From Nannocystales bacterium (lineage in GTDB: Bacteria; Myxococcota_A; Polyangia; Nannocystales; Nannocystaceae), in contig JBOEGF010000018.1 in the NCBI GenBank assembly GCA_050633305.1, positions 416,001 through 480,000 of the forward strand: DNA of 64,000 nucleotides, read 5' to 3'. The position numbers and the translations under genes are program-made. The notes below the pieces were generated by a model that worked only from the letters and a program-made list of their open reading frames with translations, was not told the origin of the DNA and ran no database searches. Below are positions 9,286 through 19,306 of this stretch, one piece after another (the first letter of the stretch is position 1; every line of letters begins with the position of its first letter).

Positions 9286-9971
9286 GAGCCGCCGTCGATG
9301 ACCCGGAACGCCGCGCGCCGCTTCTGCACCTGTTCGGTGTCAGCCTCGGGCTCGTCGGATTTTCCGGTGTCTTTGCCAACCGCGGCGGCATCGGCTGCGG
9401 CACCAGAGCCAGCCGCCGCTTCAGCGTCGGCGCTGGCGCCCGCCTTTCCGTCTGTGACGGAGTCGACGTTGCGGCTGTCGCTTGCCTCGGCGGTCGGTGC
9501 CGCGTTGAGTTCCGATCCGCCGCTGGTTGCGGTTTCCCCTTCGGGGGTCTCAGCTTCGGGCTCCGGGTCGGGCTCGGCCGAGACCGGTCGAAGCGCCGGC
9601 TTCGAGGGCTCGGGGCTGCTGGCATCTCCGCCCGCGCGACCGTAGCGGGTGCGCTTGACCGAGTCGGGCATGTTTTGGTCGAGCACGATCCCGCGGCCGG
9701 TCGAACGATCGGCCACAACGTAGACCGCCCCGTACGGGAAGGAGCAACGCGTGACGTAGCCGCCGAACGACAAGTCTGCGCCGAGCCCGTCCTCCTCAAA
9801 CGTCAGGTCCAGCGGGTAGCTGGGGTCGAGGTCGATGATGAGGCGCTCGCGCCACTGCTCGCGGATAAAATCCGGGCAGCTGACGTCTTCGAAGAGCGCG
9901 TTGACGTGGAGCCGCGGACACCGACCAGCGGCGTACAGCGACTCGATCACACTTTGGACCGGATGGACCAC
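9282..9971 (-). CDS. sspB: ClpXP specificity-enhancing factor SspB-like
   Basis: 'LDLTFEEDGLGADLSFGG...C.FPYGAV' core, an acidic linker, and a C-terminal ClpX-docking-like FRVIDGG. GTG start at 9971. Confidence 0.75.
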   Translation of the reverse strand: MVHPVQSVIESLYAAGRCPRLHVNALFEDVSCPDFIREQWRERLIIDLDPSYPLDLTFEEDGLGADLSFGGYVTRCSFPYGAVYVVADRSTGRGIVLDQNMPDSVKRTRYGRAGGDASSPEPSKPALRPVSAEPDPEPEAETPEGETATSGGSELNAAPTAEASDSRNVDSVTDGKAGASADAEAAAGSGAAADAAAVGKDTGKSDEPEADTEQVQKRRAAFRVIDGGS

Positions 9972-10074
9972 GAACTTGCAGAGCTTACTCGATGCGGGCG
10001 CAATCGGACGAGCCCGATGCGGGTTTCCGCGCGCAGATGGACAGCGAAGCTGCGCCGTGCGCGCGAATTCGGGG

Positions 10075-11265
10075 TTAGGCGAAGGCCGCGTGTCCTGTGA
10101 TGGCGCGGCCGATGGCCAGGGTGTGCACCTCATGGGTCCCCTCGTAGGTGAAGACCGTCTCGAGGTTGCAGAGGTGACGCATGATTCCGTACTCGCCCAT
10201 GATTCCGTTCCCCCCGAGCATCGAACGTGCAGTGCGGGCGGCTTCGAGCGCCATACGGGTGTTGTCCCGCTTGAGCATCGACACTTGAACCGGGTTCAGC
10301 TTGCCCTGCTCCTTCAGCCGGCCGAAGTGAAAGGCCATCAGTGAGCCTTTAATGATGTCGTTGTGCAGCTCGGTCAGCTTCTGCTGGGTGAGCTGGAACG
10401 CCGCGAGCGGCTTGTCGAATTGCACGCGGTCCATGGTGTAGCTCCGCGCGCGCTCGTACACGTCCATCGCCGCACCCAGGACACCCCAGCCGATGCCGAA
10501 TCGGGCCTGCGTGAGGCAAGACAGCGGGCCCTTGAGCCCAGAGATCCCCGGGAGCATGTTCTCTTTTGGAACACGAACCGAGTCGAGGACGATCTCCCCG
10601 GTGACCGAGGCGCGCATCGAGAGCTTGCCCTTGGTCTCGGGGGTGCTCAGTCCTTTGCTCCCGCGCTCGACGAGGAAGCCGCGGATGACCGGCGTGTCGC
10701 TGCCGAACTCCAGCGTCTTTGCCCACACCAAGCAGACGTCCGCGAGGGGGCTGTTGGTGATCCAGAACTTCTGGCCGTTGAGGATGTAGTCGCCGCCTTC
10801 GCTCTCTTGCTTGGCGTGTGTCCGCATCGAGCCAGGGTCGCTTCCCGCGTTGGGCTCGGTGAGTCCGAAGCAGCCGATCTTTTCGCCGGTGGCCATTCCC
10901 GGCAGCCACTTCTGCTTCTGCTCTTCGCTGCCGAACGCGTGGATCGGGTACATGACGAGGGCCGACTGAACCGAGCAGAACGAACGGATGCCGCTGTCCT
11001 GACGCTCGAGCTCGACCATCGTGAGCCCATACGCGACGGCGTTCATGCCCGCGCAGCCGTAGCCTTCGAGGGAGCCGCCCAGGAATCCCATCTCTCCGAA
11101 CTCCCGGATTAGATCCTTGGGGAAGGTTCCATTCTCGTAGTGCTCCTCGATCGACGGCGCGATACGGCGCTTGCCGAAGTCCCGAGCCGAGGACCAGACG
11201 ATCCGCTCGTCTTCCGAGAGCAATCCCTCTAGGTCGACCAAGTACGGGGTGGCTTCGCGAGGCAT
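10075..11265 (-). CDS. gcdH: Acyl-CoA dehydrogenase, glutaryl-CoA dehydrogenase-like
   Basis: GCFGLTEPNAGSDPG, LNGQKFWITNSP, GLKGPLSCL, LGGNGI, TYEGTHEVH. Confidence 0.85.
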   Translation of the reverse strand: MPREATPYLVDLEGLLSEDERIVWSSARDFGKRRIAPSIEEHYENGTFPKDLIREFGEMGFLGGSLEGYGCAGMNAVAYGLTMVELERQDSGIRSFCSVQSALVMYPIHAFGSEEQKQKWLPGMATGEKIGCFGLTEPNAGSDPGSMRTHAKQESEGGDYILNGQKFWITNSPLADVCLVWAKTLEFGSDTPVIRGFLVERGSKGLSTPETKGKLSMRASVTGEIVLDSVRVPKENMLPGISGLKGPLSCLTQARFGIGWGVLGAAMDVYERARSYTMDRVQFDKPLAAFQLTQQKLTELHNDIIKGSLMAFHFGRLKEQGKLNPVQVSMLKRDNTRMALEAARTARSMLGGNGIMGEYGIMRHLCNLETVFTYEGTHEVHTLAIGRAITGHAAFA

Positions 11266-11393
11266 GACGCACGCGTACCACAGCGCCACGAAGGCGAAAC
11301 CAGATCGAACTGCAGCTGGGCTGAGGCCTAGCTCACGTCCCCCGTACGGCTTTTGCGGCGAGCGCGGCTCGCTCTGCTACGCTCGCTTGCGGA

Positions 11394-12131
11394 ATGACGG
11401 TCCTTCGCAGTCTTGCCACCGTTGCGTCGCTTCTGTTCTGTCTGCTTGCGGTGCCGTCGTTGGCGCATGCAGCCCCCGGAGCGAGCGGCTCGATCAGCAC
11501 CAAGAACGGGGCGAAAGGCAGTGGCAAGGGCGGCGACTTCGAATGGCCCGAGCTGGTCTACGGCGGCAACGCGATTTCCGCTCAGCTCCCGCTGCAGTTC
11601 GGCATCCTGGGCTACCTGCCCAAGGCTCGGTTCGCGTTCCAATACGACCGCCAGATCCGGCGGTCGCATTGGGTCCACATCGGTGCCGCGCTCGTGTTCG
11701 ACCGCGCCGACTGGAAGAACTTCCGCATGAACGACTGCGGGCTGTCGCAACAGGGCGCATGCGGCAAGGGTGGCGTCGTCGGCGTCGACATCTACGCGGG
11801 GTACACCCACAAGTTCTTCCTGCAAGACCGTCCCTGGCTCGTTCCGTTCCTGCGGGGGTCCTTGGGTTGGAGCATGTTCGCGCTCCCCAAGGTTCGTGGG
11901 GACGACTCGACCCGCCAGCAGTCGCGGACCCGCTCGTGGACGCTCAATGTGAAGCCCGGCGGCGGCGTCCGGGTGTTCCTCTTCTCCGAGTTCGCGGTGG
12001 GCTCGGACATCAACCTTCCGATCGGTTTCCTCGTGCATCGCGACGTGCCCGAGGGAGGCTCCGAAGACAGCAGTGGTGAGTTCCTGCTCGGCATCGAGGT
12101 CCTTCCGCTCGTCGCCGAGTATCGGTTCTAG
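11394..12131 (+). CDS. Hypothetical outer-membrane beta-barrel-like protein
   Basis: Signal peptide, alternating hydrophobic strands, and C-terminal EYRF (BAM-type signal). Confidence 0.65.
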   Translation: MTVLRSLATVASLLFCLLAVPSLAHAAPGASGSISTKNGAKGSGKGGDFEWPELVYGGNAISAQLPLQFGILGYLPKARFAFQYDRQIRRSHWVHIGAALVFDRADWKNFRMNDCGLSQQGACGKGGVVGVDIYAGYTHKFFLQDRPWLVPFLRGSLGWSMFALPKVRGDDSTRQQSRTRSWTLNVKPGGGVRVFLFSEFAVGSDINLPIGFLVHRDVPEGGSEDSSGEFLLGIEVLPLVAEYRF

Positions 12132-12139
12132 TCTGTACA

Positions 12140-12312
12140 GGGGCCTTTCGAAAAGGCCCCTCGCTGCGGCAGCCAAGCTGCCTGCGCTTCACCCCAAACG
12201 GGGCGGCGGTTGCCGCCTGCGGTGTCGTCGGCGGAGGCCTTTCGAAAAGGCCCCTCGCTGCGGCAGCCAAGCTGCCTGCGCTTCACCCCTAAACGGGGCG
12301 GCGGTTGCCGCC
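12140..12312. repeat. Tandem pair (period 94 nt) of a ~77-nt four-hairpin REP-like element
   Basis: ggcctttcgaaaaggcccctcgctgcggcagccaagctgcctgcgcttcacccc(t)aaacggggcggcggttgccgcc occurs at 12142 and 12236, between convergent genes. Confidence 0.9.
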
Positions 12313-12332
12313 GCCTCCCCCCCCAACTCGGG

Positions 12333-12803
12333 CTACTCGACGACGAAGTCGAACCAGGGAGAGCTGGGGAGCGTGCTGACGGATGAGCTGCGGTAGCGGA
12401 TGGCGTACGTGGTCCCTGCGCGGAGGGCATAGCCGTCGAGCAGGTCGACTTCGGCCGTGTGGAACCGACCCGGTTGAACCTCGAAGCAGTCGTCCGGTCC
12501 TGGGGCTTCTCGCTTGACCATCGGACCGCTGTAGGACAGCTCCGATCCATCGGGGGCCCGGACCTCAAAGATGTTGTTCGAGAGTCCTTCGAAGGGGGTG
12601 TGCACTCGGCAGAAAGACACCGGCGTCGTGCCGGGGTTCGACACCTCCATCCGGATCGCGGTCGGGACCTCCTCGGAGTGCGCGAGCTGGACAACGAGCG
12701 TCGCGTTGGGGTCGTAGCTCGGTGCCTGGGATGGACCCGGACGAGAGCAGGCGGCCGCCGCCAGCAGCCCGAGGATGCAAAGGCGCCGCCCGACTCGGAT
12801 CAC
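12333..12803 (-). CDS. Lipoprotein resembling the M35 metalloprotease pro-domain
   Basis: Lipobox AAAAC; 'HTPFEG..NNIFEV...YSGPMVKR..P..DD...PG...VDL...Y'. GTGA overlap with the upstream gene. Confidence 0.65.
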   Translation of the reverse strand: MIRVGRRLCILGLLAAAACSRPGPSQAPSYDPNATLVVQLAHSEEVPTAIRMEVSNPGTTPVSFCRVHTPFEGLSNNIFEVRAPDGSELSYSGPMVKREAPGPDDCFEVQPGRFHTAEVDLLDGYALRAGTTYAIRYRSSSVSTLPSSPWFDFVVE

Positions 12804-13189
12804 GCCGAGGCCATGGCTTCCGGTTGCGCGAGACGGGAGCGTGCGGTCACTTTGGGACTGCACATCGCCAGCATCTCAGCCAGTTGGTGCGCGACTTCGG
12901 ATGGTGTGTCGAAGCCGGGCTCGACGAGGACCCGGATCGCGCTGCTGGGACGCGTGACGTATACGGCCCGACCGGGTGCGCCCATGACGGTGAAGACCTG
13001 CTCCACTGCGTCGCGAAGCTCCTGCACCGGATCTTCTACGGAAGCGTCGACCCGAAACTCTGCCGAAGATGTGAGCGGGGCCCGATGGTCGAAGGTTTCG
13101 ACACCCGGCGCGTCGCCGACGGAGGCTCCCACGTACGTGGTGCCGTCCCGCCGCCCGCCGTGATTCCGCACGTAGACCAACAGCTCCAT
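12800..13189 (-). CDS. Hypothetical protein (129 aa)
   Basis: ATG at 13189; the stop overlaps the next gene's GTG. Confidence 0.6.
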   Translation of the reverse strand: MELLVYVRNHGGRRDGTTYVGASVGDAPGVETFDHRAPLTSSAEFRVDASVEDPVQELRDAVEQVFTVMGAPGRAVYVTRPSSAIRVLVEPGFDTPSEVAHQLAEMLAMCSPKVTARSRLAQPEAMASA

Positions 13190-13342
13190 GGCCACTCGCC
13201 GTAGCACGCAGATCCGGGGCCACCAAAAAAGCTCGAGCCAATGCTCTCGAGGTTGCGGGGCTCGCGCGGGTGACGATGAAACGTCTGGTCTCTTGGGTTT
13301 TGGTCTGGTTCGGTGCGACCATGTGCGCGGTTCGATTTCGCG

Positions 13343-14473
13343 ATGACCGAGGGCATCAAATCCAAGGCGAAGATGACCGGGCTTCTCGAAGAGGAGCTCG
13401 AAGCGCTGCGACGTCAGCGTGACCAGTACGCCCTCGCGATGGACACCGCGACCGAGCCTAAGGTCGCCATCCGGCTGCAGCGAACACTGGAACGGATCGA
13501 GGACGAGATCGAAGGGGTCGAGGAGACGATCGCCGCGCTCCCCGACCACGGCTCGCAGGACGCGGAGTCCGAGCCCGAAGCGCAAGCCGACCTCGACGTG
13601 CCTCCCGAGCCCGAAGCCGTAGCTGGGCCGGAGGCCGACGTCGACGGCGAGCCCTCTGGGCAAGCCGAGACAGAGTCCGAAAGCGCCGACGCGTCGGCGC
13701 CAGAGCCAGACCCCGCGCCCGAGCCGGCACCTGAGCCGGAAGCGTCCCCCGATCAGGATTGGGACGACGAGCCTTCGACGGCGATCTACGACCCCGACCG
13801 GGTCCGAAATCAGCTGGCTGAACTGGAGGAGATGCGAAAGCGGGAAGCAGAGGAGCAAGCCGAGGTCTCGGCTGCGACCGAGCAAGAGGACGCGCAGACT
13901 TCAGCGCCACAGGCCGAAGGGCCGTTGACGCCCGAGCCAGAGCCCGAGCCCGAGCCCGAGCCCGAGACAGAGCCAGAGCCCGAGCCAGAGCCAGAGCCCG
14001 AGCCAGAGCCCGCCTCCGAGTTGGACGAACCCGAGTCGAGCGGCGAGGGGAATCCGTTGGGTCCGGTTTGGATGGACCCGCTCAACCCACCCGCGGGCAA
14101 CCTCTCCGACGACGAGATCGCTGCAGAGTCCGCACCACAGCCGGTCCCCGAACCGGCGGTGTCCGAACCGGTCGCGCCCGAAGCTGCGTCGCCGGACGTG
14201 CTCGGAGATGATCCGTTCGCTCTGCCCTCCCAGTCCGCGGCCCAGGCGGCGAGCCCGTTTGGAGCGCCCGTGGGGGCAGGCGCAAATCCGTTCGGAGCCG
14301 CACCGAGCGAAGCTCCGTTCGGCGCACCTGCGGGGTCGGACTTTGCAAACCCGGTGTCGGTTCTCGATGACGACGTGGGCGGCGGGGACTGGGGTTTCGG
14401 CGCCAAGGCGGCGCTGTTTCTCGTGGTCGCCGGGTTCGTCGCCGGCGCGTTCTACATCATGTCGATCGGGTAG
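13343..14473 (+). CDS. Acidic low-complexity protein: N-terminal coiled coil, (EP)n tract, xPF repeats, C-terminal TM anchor
   Basis: Heptad-like N-terminus, EPEPEP tract, hydrophobic C-terminus AALFLVVAGFVAGAFYIM. Confidence 0.75.
   Translation: MTEGIKSKAKMTGLLEEELEALRRQRDQYALAMDTATEPKVAIRLQRTLERIEDEIEGVEETIAALPDHGSQDAESEPEAQADLDVPPEPEAVAGPEADVDGEPSGQAETESESADASAPEPDPAPEPAPEPEASPDQDWDDEPSTAIYDPDRVRNQLAELEEMRKREAEEQAEVSAATEQEDAQTSAPQAEGPLTPEPEPEPEPEPETEPEPEPEPEPEPEPASELDEPESSGEGNPLGPVWMDPLNPPAGNLSDDEIAAESAPQPVPEPAVSEPVAPEAASPDVLGDDPFALPSQSAAQAASPFGAPVGAGANPFGAAPSEAPFGAPAGSDFANPVSVLDDDVGGGDWGFGAKAALFLVVAGFVAGAFYIMSIG
13931..14011 (+). repeat. Coding 6-nt tandem repeat (cc[a/c]gag) encoding (PE)n
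   Basis: cccgagccagagcccgag... run visible in the sequence. Confidence 0.85.
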
Positions 14474-14514
14474 AGCGCACCCCACAGCCGGCGCGTCTTG
14501 GCAGACGAGCGGGC

Positions 14515-15576
14515 CTAAAAACTCTGCAACGCGGTCTCGAGTCGGTCGAGTTCATGTGGCGTGCCGACACTCGCCCGTATGCAGCCCTCGAGCCCGGGGG
14601 TCCGCGAGACGTCCTTGATGAGGATCCCTTGCGCGCGTAGATGAGCGACCAGCGCGGGAGCTTGGCTCGTGGGCGAAAGACGCGCGAGAACCAGGTTCGA
14701 ACTCGAGGGGAAGATGGTCGCGCCGGCAATGGTGGACAGGAGCTGCGACAGCCGAGACCGACAGGTCGCTGAGCGCTCGAGCATCCCGGTGCGTGCTTCG
14801 TCGGCTTGGATGAGGACCTCGGCGATCGCAAGTGACGTCGCCGAGATGTTGTACGGGTGCCGGATCTTGTCCAACTCGGCAGCCAGTGATCCAGAGGCGA
14901 CACAGTAGCCGAGCCTCAGCGCAGCCCCGCCAACCTTGGAAAGCGTGCTCATGAGCACGACGTTCTCCGGGAGATCGGGACGCCACATCGATGCGCCCGG
15001 AGCATAGTCCGTGTAGGCCTCGTCCACGACAAAGACGGTGTCTTTGAAGTCCTCGAACCACCGCTCGATCACCTCGGCGTCCCACAGGTTTCCCGTCGGG
15101 TTGTTGGGTCGCGCGAGGAAGCACAGCGCGGCCGAGCGCAGGGCCACCCGCATGGCTTCGTCATCCAGCTCGAAGTCCTCGCGGAGCGGAACTTCGGTGA
15201 TCGGCATTCCGACGACCGTTGCGCTGTGTCGGTACATCACGAAGGTCGGGGTCGGAACCACGAGGTGGCCGTTGTCTCCGCTCAGCGCGGTGAGCAGCGT
15301 GGCAATGATCTCGTCGCTGCCGTTTCCGAGCACGATTCGGGCGGGGTCGCAGCCCATGCGCTCGCCCAGCAGGGCGCGGAGGCGTCGTCCCGAGGTGTCG
15401 GGGTAGCGGCCAAGCTCCACCTCGCGCACGGCTCTGGCGACCGCATCGATGACCTCGGATGGCCAAGGTTCTGCGCACTCGTTGGCGTGCATTCGAGCGA
15501 AGCTCGGATCGGCGGGGGGAACGTCGTAGGCGGTCAGCTCGGCGAGCTGGGGTCGTAGGTGGCGGGTCCAGCTCAC
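14515..15576 (-). CDS. hisC: Histidinol-phosphate aminotransferase
   Basis: RYPD, GNGSDE, PNNPTG, VDEAY, STLSK...LRLGY; overlaps the hisD stop. Confidence 0.92.
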   Translation of the reverse strand: MSWTRHLRPQLAELTAYDVPPADPSFARMHANECAEPWPSEVIDAVARAVREVELGRYPDTSGRRLRALLGERMGCDPARIVLGNGSDEIIATLLTALSGDNGHLVVPTPTFVMYRHSATVVGMPITEVPLREDFELDDEAMRVALRSAALCFLARPNNPTGNLWDAEVIERWFEDFKDTVFVVDEAYTDYAPGASMWRPDLPENVVLMSTLSKVGGAALRLGYCVASGSLAAELDKIRHPYNISATSLAIAEVLIQADEARTGMLERSATCRSRLSQLLSTIAGATIFPSSSNLVLARLSPTSQAPALVAHLRAQGILIKDVSRTPGLEGCIRASVGTPHELDRLETALQSF

Positions 15577-16898
15577 GCGTCGTTGTCTTTCAGTCGGGAT
15601 TCGACGGCGCGAGCGTGGCCCTCGAGGCCTTCAGCGCGGGCGAGGGCCGTGATGGCCTTTGCCTGAGCTTCGAGTTCGGTGCGGTCGAGCTTCAGCACGC
15701 TGGTGTATTTCATGAAATCCCAGACTCCCAGCGGGGATCCGAAACGTGCTGCGCCGGCAGTTGGCAACACGTGGGAGGGTCCTGCGGTGTAGTCGCCGGC
15801 GGCCTCCGGAGTCCATGCTCCCACGAAGATGGCTCCGGCACGGGTCAGCGCGGGGGCGATGACCTCGGCGCGTTCGATGAGCAGTTCGAGGTGCTCGGGC
15901 GCGTAGTCGTTGGCGGCCTGAATCATGCCCGAGAGGTCGGAGACCACCACCGCCGCCCCGTGTTCGCGCAACGACGTGGTCGCGATCTCTGCGCGGGGCA
16001 AGTCGGCAAGCTGGCGGACGAGCGCCGCGTCGACTGCCTCGGGGAGCGTGGGTGCGTCGGTGACGAGGATGGCGCACGCCTGCGGGTCGTGTTCGGCCTG
16101 GCTGATGAGGTCGGCGGCGATCAGCTCCGGGTCGGCAGAGGCGTCGGCCATGACGAGAATCTCGCTCGGGCCAGCGATGCCGTCGACGTCGCACACCCCA
16201 AACACCTGGCGCTTGGCCGCGGTGACGTAGGCGTTTCCGGGTCCGACGATCTTGTCGACACGAGGGATGGTGTCGGTCCCAAAGGCAGCAGCGGCGATCG
16301 CCTGCGCGCCACCGACCTCGAAGACTCGATCGATTCCGGCGACGCTGGCCGCGTGCAGCACCACGTCGCTGGCGCGTGGGGTGAACAGAAACACCTCTCG
16401 TACCGCTGCGACCTTCGCGGGGATCCCTGCCATCAGCACCGAGGATGGGTAGGCTGCGGTTCCCCCCGGTGCGTAGACGGCGACGCGAGACAACGGTGCG
16501 GCTCGAGAGTGAAGAGACCAGCCTTCCTTCTCTACGCCCGTCGTTGGGAACTTCTGGGTGCGGTGGAACAAGTGCACCCGACGCGCAGCGAGGTCGATCG
16601 CCTCGCGGACATCTTCGGGGACGTTCGCGCTGGCGGACTGCCAACGCTCAGCGCTGACCTCGAGGTCGGGGGCCGTGATCGTCCGTTGCTCGAACCGCTC
16701 CACGCAGTCGAAGATGGCTGCATCGCCGCGGGCGCGGACATCGGCAAGAATCTTGCGCGCGGCATCGTCGGCGGCGCCATCGAGTCCGGCACTGCGGCTG
16801 CACAGCTGTCGCCAGCTCGCGCGGTCCTCGGAGGATGTCGAGCCGGATGGTTCCGGGCGGAGATCGATGCGCGGCAATCCTGCAAACCCGGCTGACAT
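15573..16898 (-). CDS. hisD: Histidinol dehydrogenase
   Basis: PGGTAAYPSSVLM, GGAQAIAA, KIVGPGNAYV, AGPSE, QAEHD, APEHLEL, GDYTAGPSHVLPT. Confidence 0.96.
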   Translation of the reverse strand: MSAGFAGLPRIDLRPEPSGSTSSEDRASWRQLCSRSAGLDGAADDAARKILADVRARGDAAIFDCVERFEQRTITAPDLEVSAERWQSASANVPEDVREAIDLAARRVHLFHRTQKFPTTGVEKEGWSLHSRAAPLSRVAVYAPGGTAAYPSSVLMAGIPAKVAAVREVFLFTPRASDVVLHAASVAGIDRVFEVGGAQAIAAAAFGTDTIPRVDKIVGPGNAYVTAAKRQVFGVCDVDGIAGPSEILVMADASADPELIAADLISQAEHDPQACAILVTDAPTLPEAVDAALVRQLADLPRAEIATTSLREHGAAVVVSDLSGMIQAANDYAPEHLELLIERAEVIAPALTRAGAIFVGAWTPEAAGDYTAGPSHVLPTAGAARFGSPLGVWDFMKYTSVLKLDRTELEAQAKAITALARAEGLEGHARAVESRLKDNDA

Positions 16899-16969
16899 GG
16901 GGGCGAAGGTACTGCAAGCGGCCTCGGGTTGCTCGCCACGATGGCCCCGAGCGCGGCATACTGGTCCCG

Positions 16970-18034
16970 ATGCGTACCTGCACCGACCTCGTTCGCGCCG
17001 TCGCGGCGTCCGGGATGCTCGTGTGTGTGGCACCCGGCTGCGCTGACGACGGCGGCCAAGAGCCGGAGGCTCCGGCTCCGGCTCCGACGAAGGTCGAGAC
17101 GACAGGGGACGACGAGGATGCTTCATCGGGCTCCTCGGGAGGGGGCGTGTTGGGTGCTGGTCAGGATGTTTGTCTGTCCGCGCCCGTTCTCCCTCCTGGC
17201 GTGTACCTGTCCTCGCTTCAAGGCAAGCGGTCCAGCGGCGGGGGAGCGTGCGGTCAGGGCGGCCCAGATGTGTTCTTTCGGGTGGCGGTGGAGCGCCCGA
17301 GCGATGTGCGTGTGTCGGCGGTGGGGGAGGGCTTCACGCCGAGGGTTGGTGTGTTCGGCAACGAGTGTGCGGTCAGCTTCGAAGATGGTGGCTTGCTGTG
17401 CACGAGCGGGGTGCCAGGGTGGGTTCCCGATGTTCCCGCCGGCGCCGAACTCTACGTTGCGGTGGGTGCCAGCCAAGCCGACGTCGATGCGAGCGCGCAG
17501 GGGACTTTTCAGCTCGAGGTGCAGGCGCGAGACATTCTCTCGGTCGGGGAGGCGTGCAGCGACCCGGCATGGGGCCGGTGTGAAGGCGGCACGACGTGCG
17601 CCGTACCGGGGGAGACCGGGGAGCCAGCGGTGTGTGTCGCGATCCCCGGGGACCGCTGCGGGAATCCTATGCCGGTGGATGTCGACCGCGGCCTCACTGC
17701 ACTCTCGGTAGAATCCGGGGCGCTTCACACCGACGCGCATCGCCACACCTGCGGAGGAGATCGCATCTCCGAGCGGGTCTATCGGTTGGAGCTGCCTGCG
17801 GTGTCCGCGGAGGCCACGCTGCGCGTCGAAGGCCAACGTGTGTCTGTGCTCGCGGCACGCGGCCCAACGTGCCTGACGGAGGAGGAGCGAGCGTGTAGCG
17901 CCGATCCGGAAGGACTGGCTGTGATCGAGCTGCAGGGCCCGTTACCCAGAACCCTCTATCTGTTCGCGGAGCTGCACGAAGACGAGAGTGAGCTATCTCC
18001 CAGCATCGTGCGGGTCGTGCTCGACGACGCTTGA
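16970..18034 (+). CDS. Cys-rich hypothetical lipoprotein
   Basis: Signal peptide with Cys (VAPGC); two similar modules 'C....ACG..GPDVF.R' and 'TCGG....ERVYR'. Confidence 0.7.
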   Translation: MRTCTDLVRAVAASGMLVCVAPGCADDGGQEPEAPAPAPTKVETTGDDEDASSGSSGGGVLGAGQDVCLSAPVLPPGVYLSSLQGKRSSGGGACGQGGPDVFFRVAVERPSDVRVSAVGEGFTPRVGVFGNECAVSFEDGGLLCTSGVPGWVPDVPAGAELYVAVGASQADVDASAQGTFQLEVQARDILSVGEACSDPAWGRCEGGTTCAVPGETGEPAVCVAIPGDRCGNPMPVDVDRGLTALSVESGALHTDAHRHTCGGDRISERVYRLELPAVSAEATLRVEGQRVSVLAARGPTCLTEEERACSADPEGLAVIELQGPLPRTLYLFAELHEDESELSPSIVRVVLDDA

Positions 18035-18139
18035 GGAGCGGCCGATAGGGCTGCGGCTCTTGACCTCGCGGTCCGAAGCCCCAAAGACCTCACCAGGGGG
18101 TGTGGCGAGGTTGTGCGATGTGCTCTAAGGTCCCGCACC

Positions 18140-19306
18140 ATGTCCCGCAGCCTGTTTACGAGCGAGTCCGTCACCGAAGGTCACCCCGACAAAGTCTGCG
18201 ACAAGATCAGCGACGCGATCCTCGACGCCCTCATCGCCGACGACCCGACCTGCCGGGTCGCGTGCGAAACCTTGGTGAAGACCGGCTACGTCAACGTCGC
18301 CGGAGAGGTCACGACGAACACCTACGTGGACATTCCGACCGTCGTTCGCAAGACCTTGCGTTCGATCGGCTACACGAGCTCGGACATGGGCTTCGACGCC
18401 GACAGCTGCGGCGTGCTCGTTGCGCTCGAAGCTCAGAGCCCCGACATCGCGCAGGGTGTCGACGGCAAGGGCGTGTACACGGAGGAGCAGGGCGCGGGCG
18501 ACCAGGGCATGATGTTCGGCTACGCCTGCCGCGAGACCCCCGAGCTCATGCCGATGCCCATCGCGCTCGCGCACAAGCTGACCCACCAGCTCGCTGAGGT
18601 GCGGCGCCGCGATGCCGATCGCTCCTTCCTGCGGCCCGACGGCAAGGCCCAAGTCACCGTCGAGTACGACGACGCCGGCAACCCCAAGCGCGTCGACACC
18701 GTCGTTGTGTCCACGCAGCACAGCCCCGACGCCAGCCACGAGCAGATCAAGGAATTCGTCATCGAGTCCGTGATCAAGCCGGTCGTTCCCGCGGAGTTGC
18801 TCGACGGCAAGACCCACTACTTCATCAACCCGACCGGTCGATTCGTCATCGGTGGTCCCATGGGGGACTCCGGCCTCACCGGTCGTAAGATCATCGTCGA
18901 CACCTATGGCGGCATGGGTCGTCACGGTGGCGGGGCTTTCTCCGGGAAGGACCCCTCGAAGGTCGACCGGTCGGCCGCCTACTACGCGCGCTTCATGGCC
19001 AAGCACCTCGTCGCCGCCGGCCTCGCCGACCGTTGCGAAGTCCAGCTCGCGTACGCAATCGGTGTTGCAGAGCCCGTGTCGATTCGTGTCGACAGCTTCG
19101 GGACCGGAAAGCGCCCCGACGGTGACCTTTCCGACATCATCGCCAAGCACTTCGACGCTCGCCCCGCGCGCCTCATCGAAGAGCTGAACCTGCTGCGTCC
19201 GATCTTCAGCCCCACCGCTGCCTACGGCCACTTCGGACGTGATGGCGACGGCTTCACCTGGGAAAAACTGCCCAAGCTCGAAGCCCTCAAAGCCGAGTTG
19301 GGGTGA
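18140..19306 (+). CDS. metK: S-adenosylmethionine synthetase
   Basis: [56 protein letters not shown]. Confidence 0.98.
   Translation: MSRSLFTSESVTEGHPDKVCDKISDAILDALIADDPTCRVACETLVKTGYVNVAGEVTTNTYVDIPTVVRKTLRSIGYTSSDMGFDADSCGVLVALEAQSPDIAQGVDGKGVYTEEQGAGDQGMMFGYACRETPELMPMPIALAHKLTHQLAEVRRRDADRSFLRPDGKAQVTVEYDDAGNPKRVDTVVVSTQHSPDASHEQIKEFVIESVIKPVVPAELLDGKTHYFINPTGRFVIGGPMGDSGLTGRKIIVDTYGGMGRHGGGAFSGKDPSKVDRSAAYYARFMAKHLVAAGLADRCEVQLAYAIGVAEPVSIRVDSFGTGKRPDGDLSDIIAKHFDARPARLIEELNLLRPIFSPTAAYGHFGRDGDGFTWEKLPKLEALKAELG

Noticed and set aside
12140..12312. CRISPR array
   Set aside because: Only two long (~77 nt) units with one short linker, no unique spacer series, and no cas genes.
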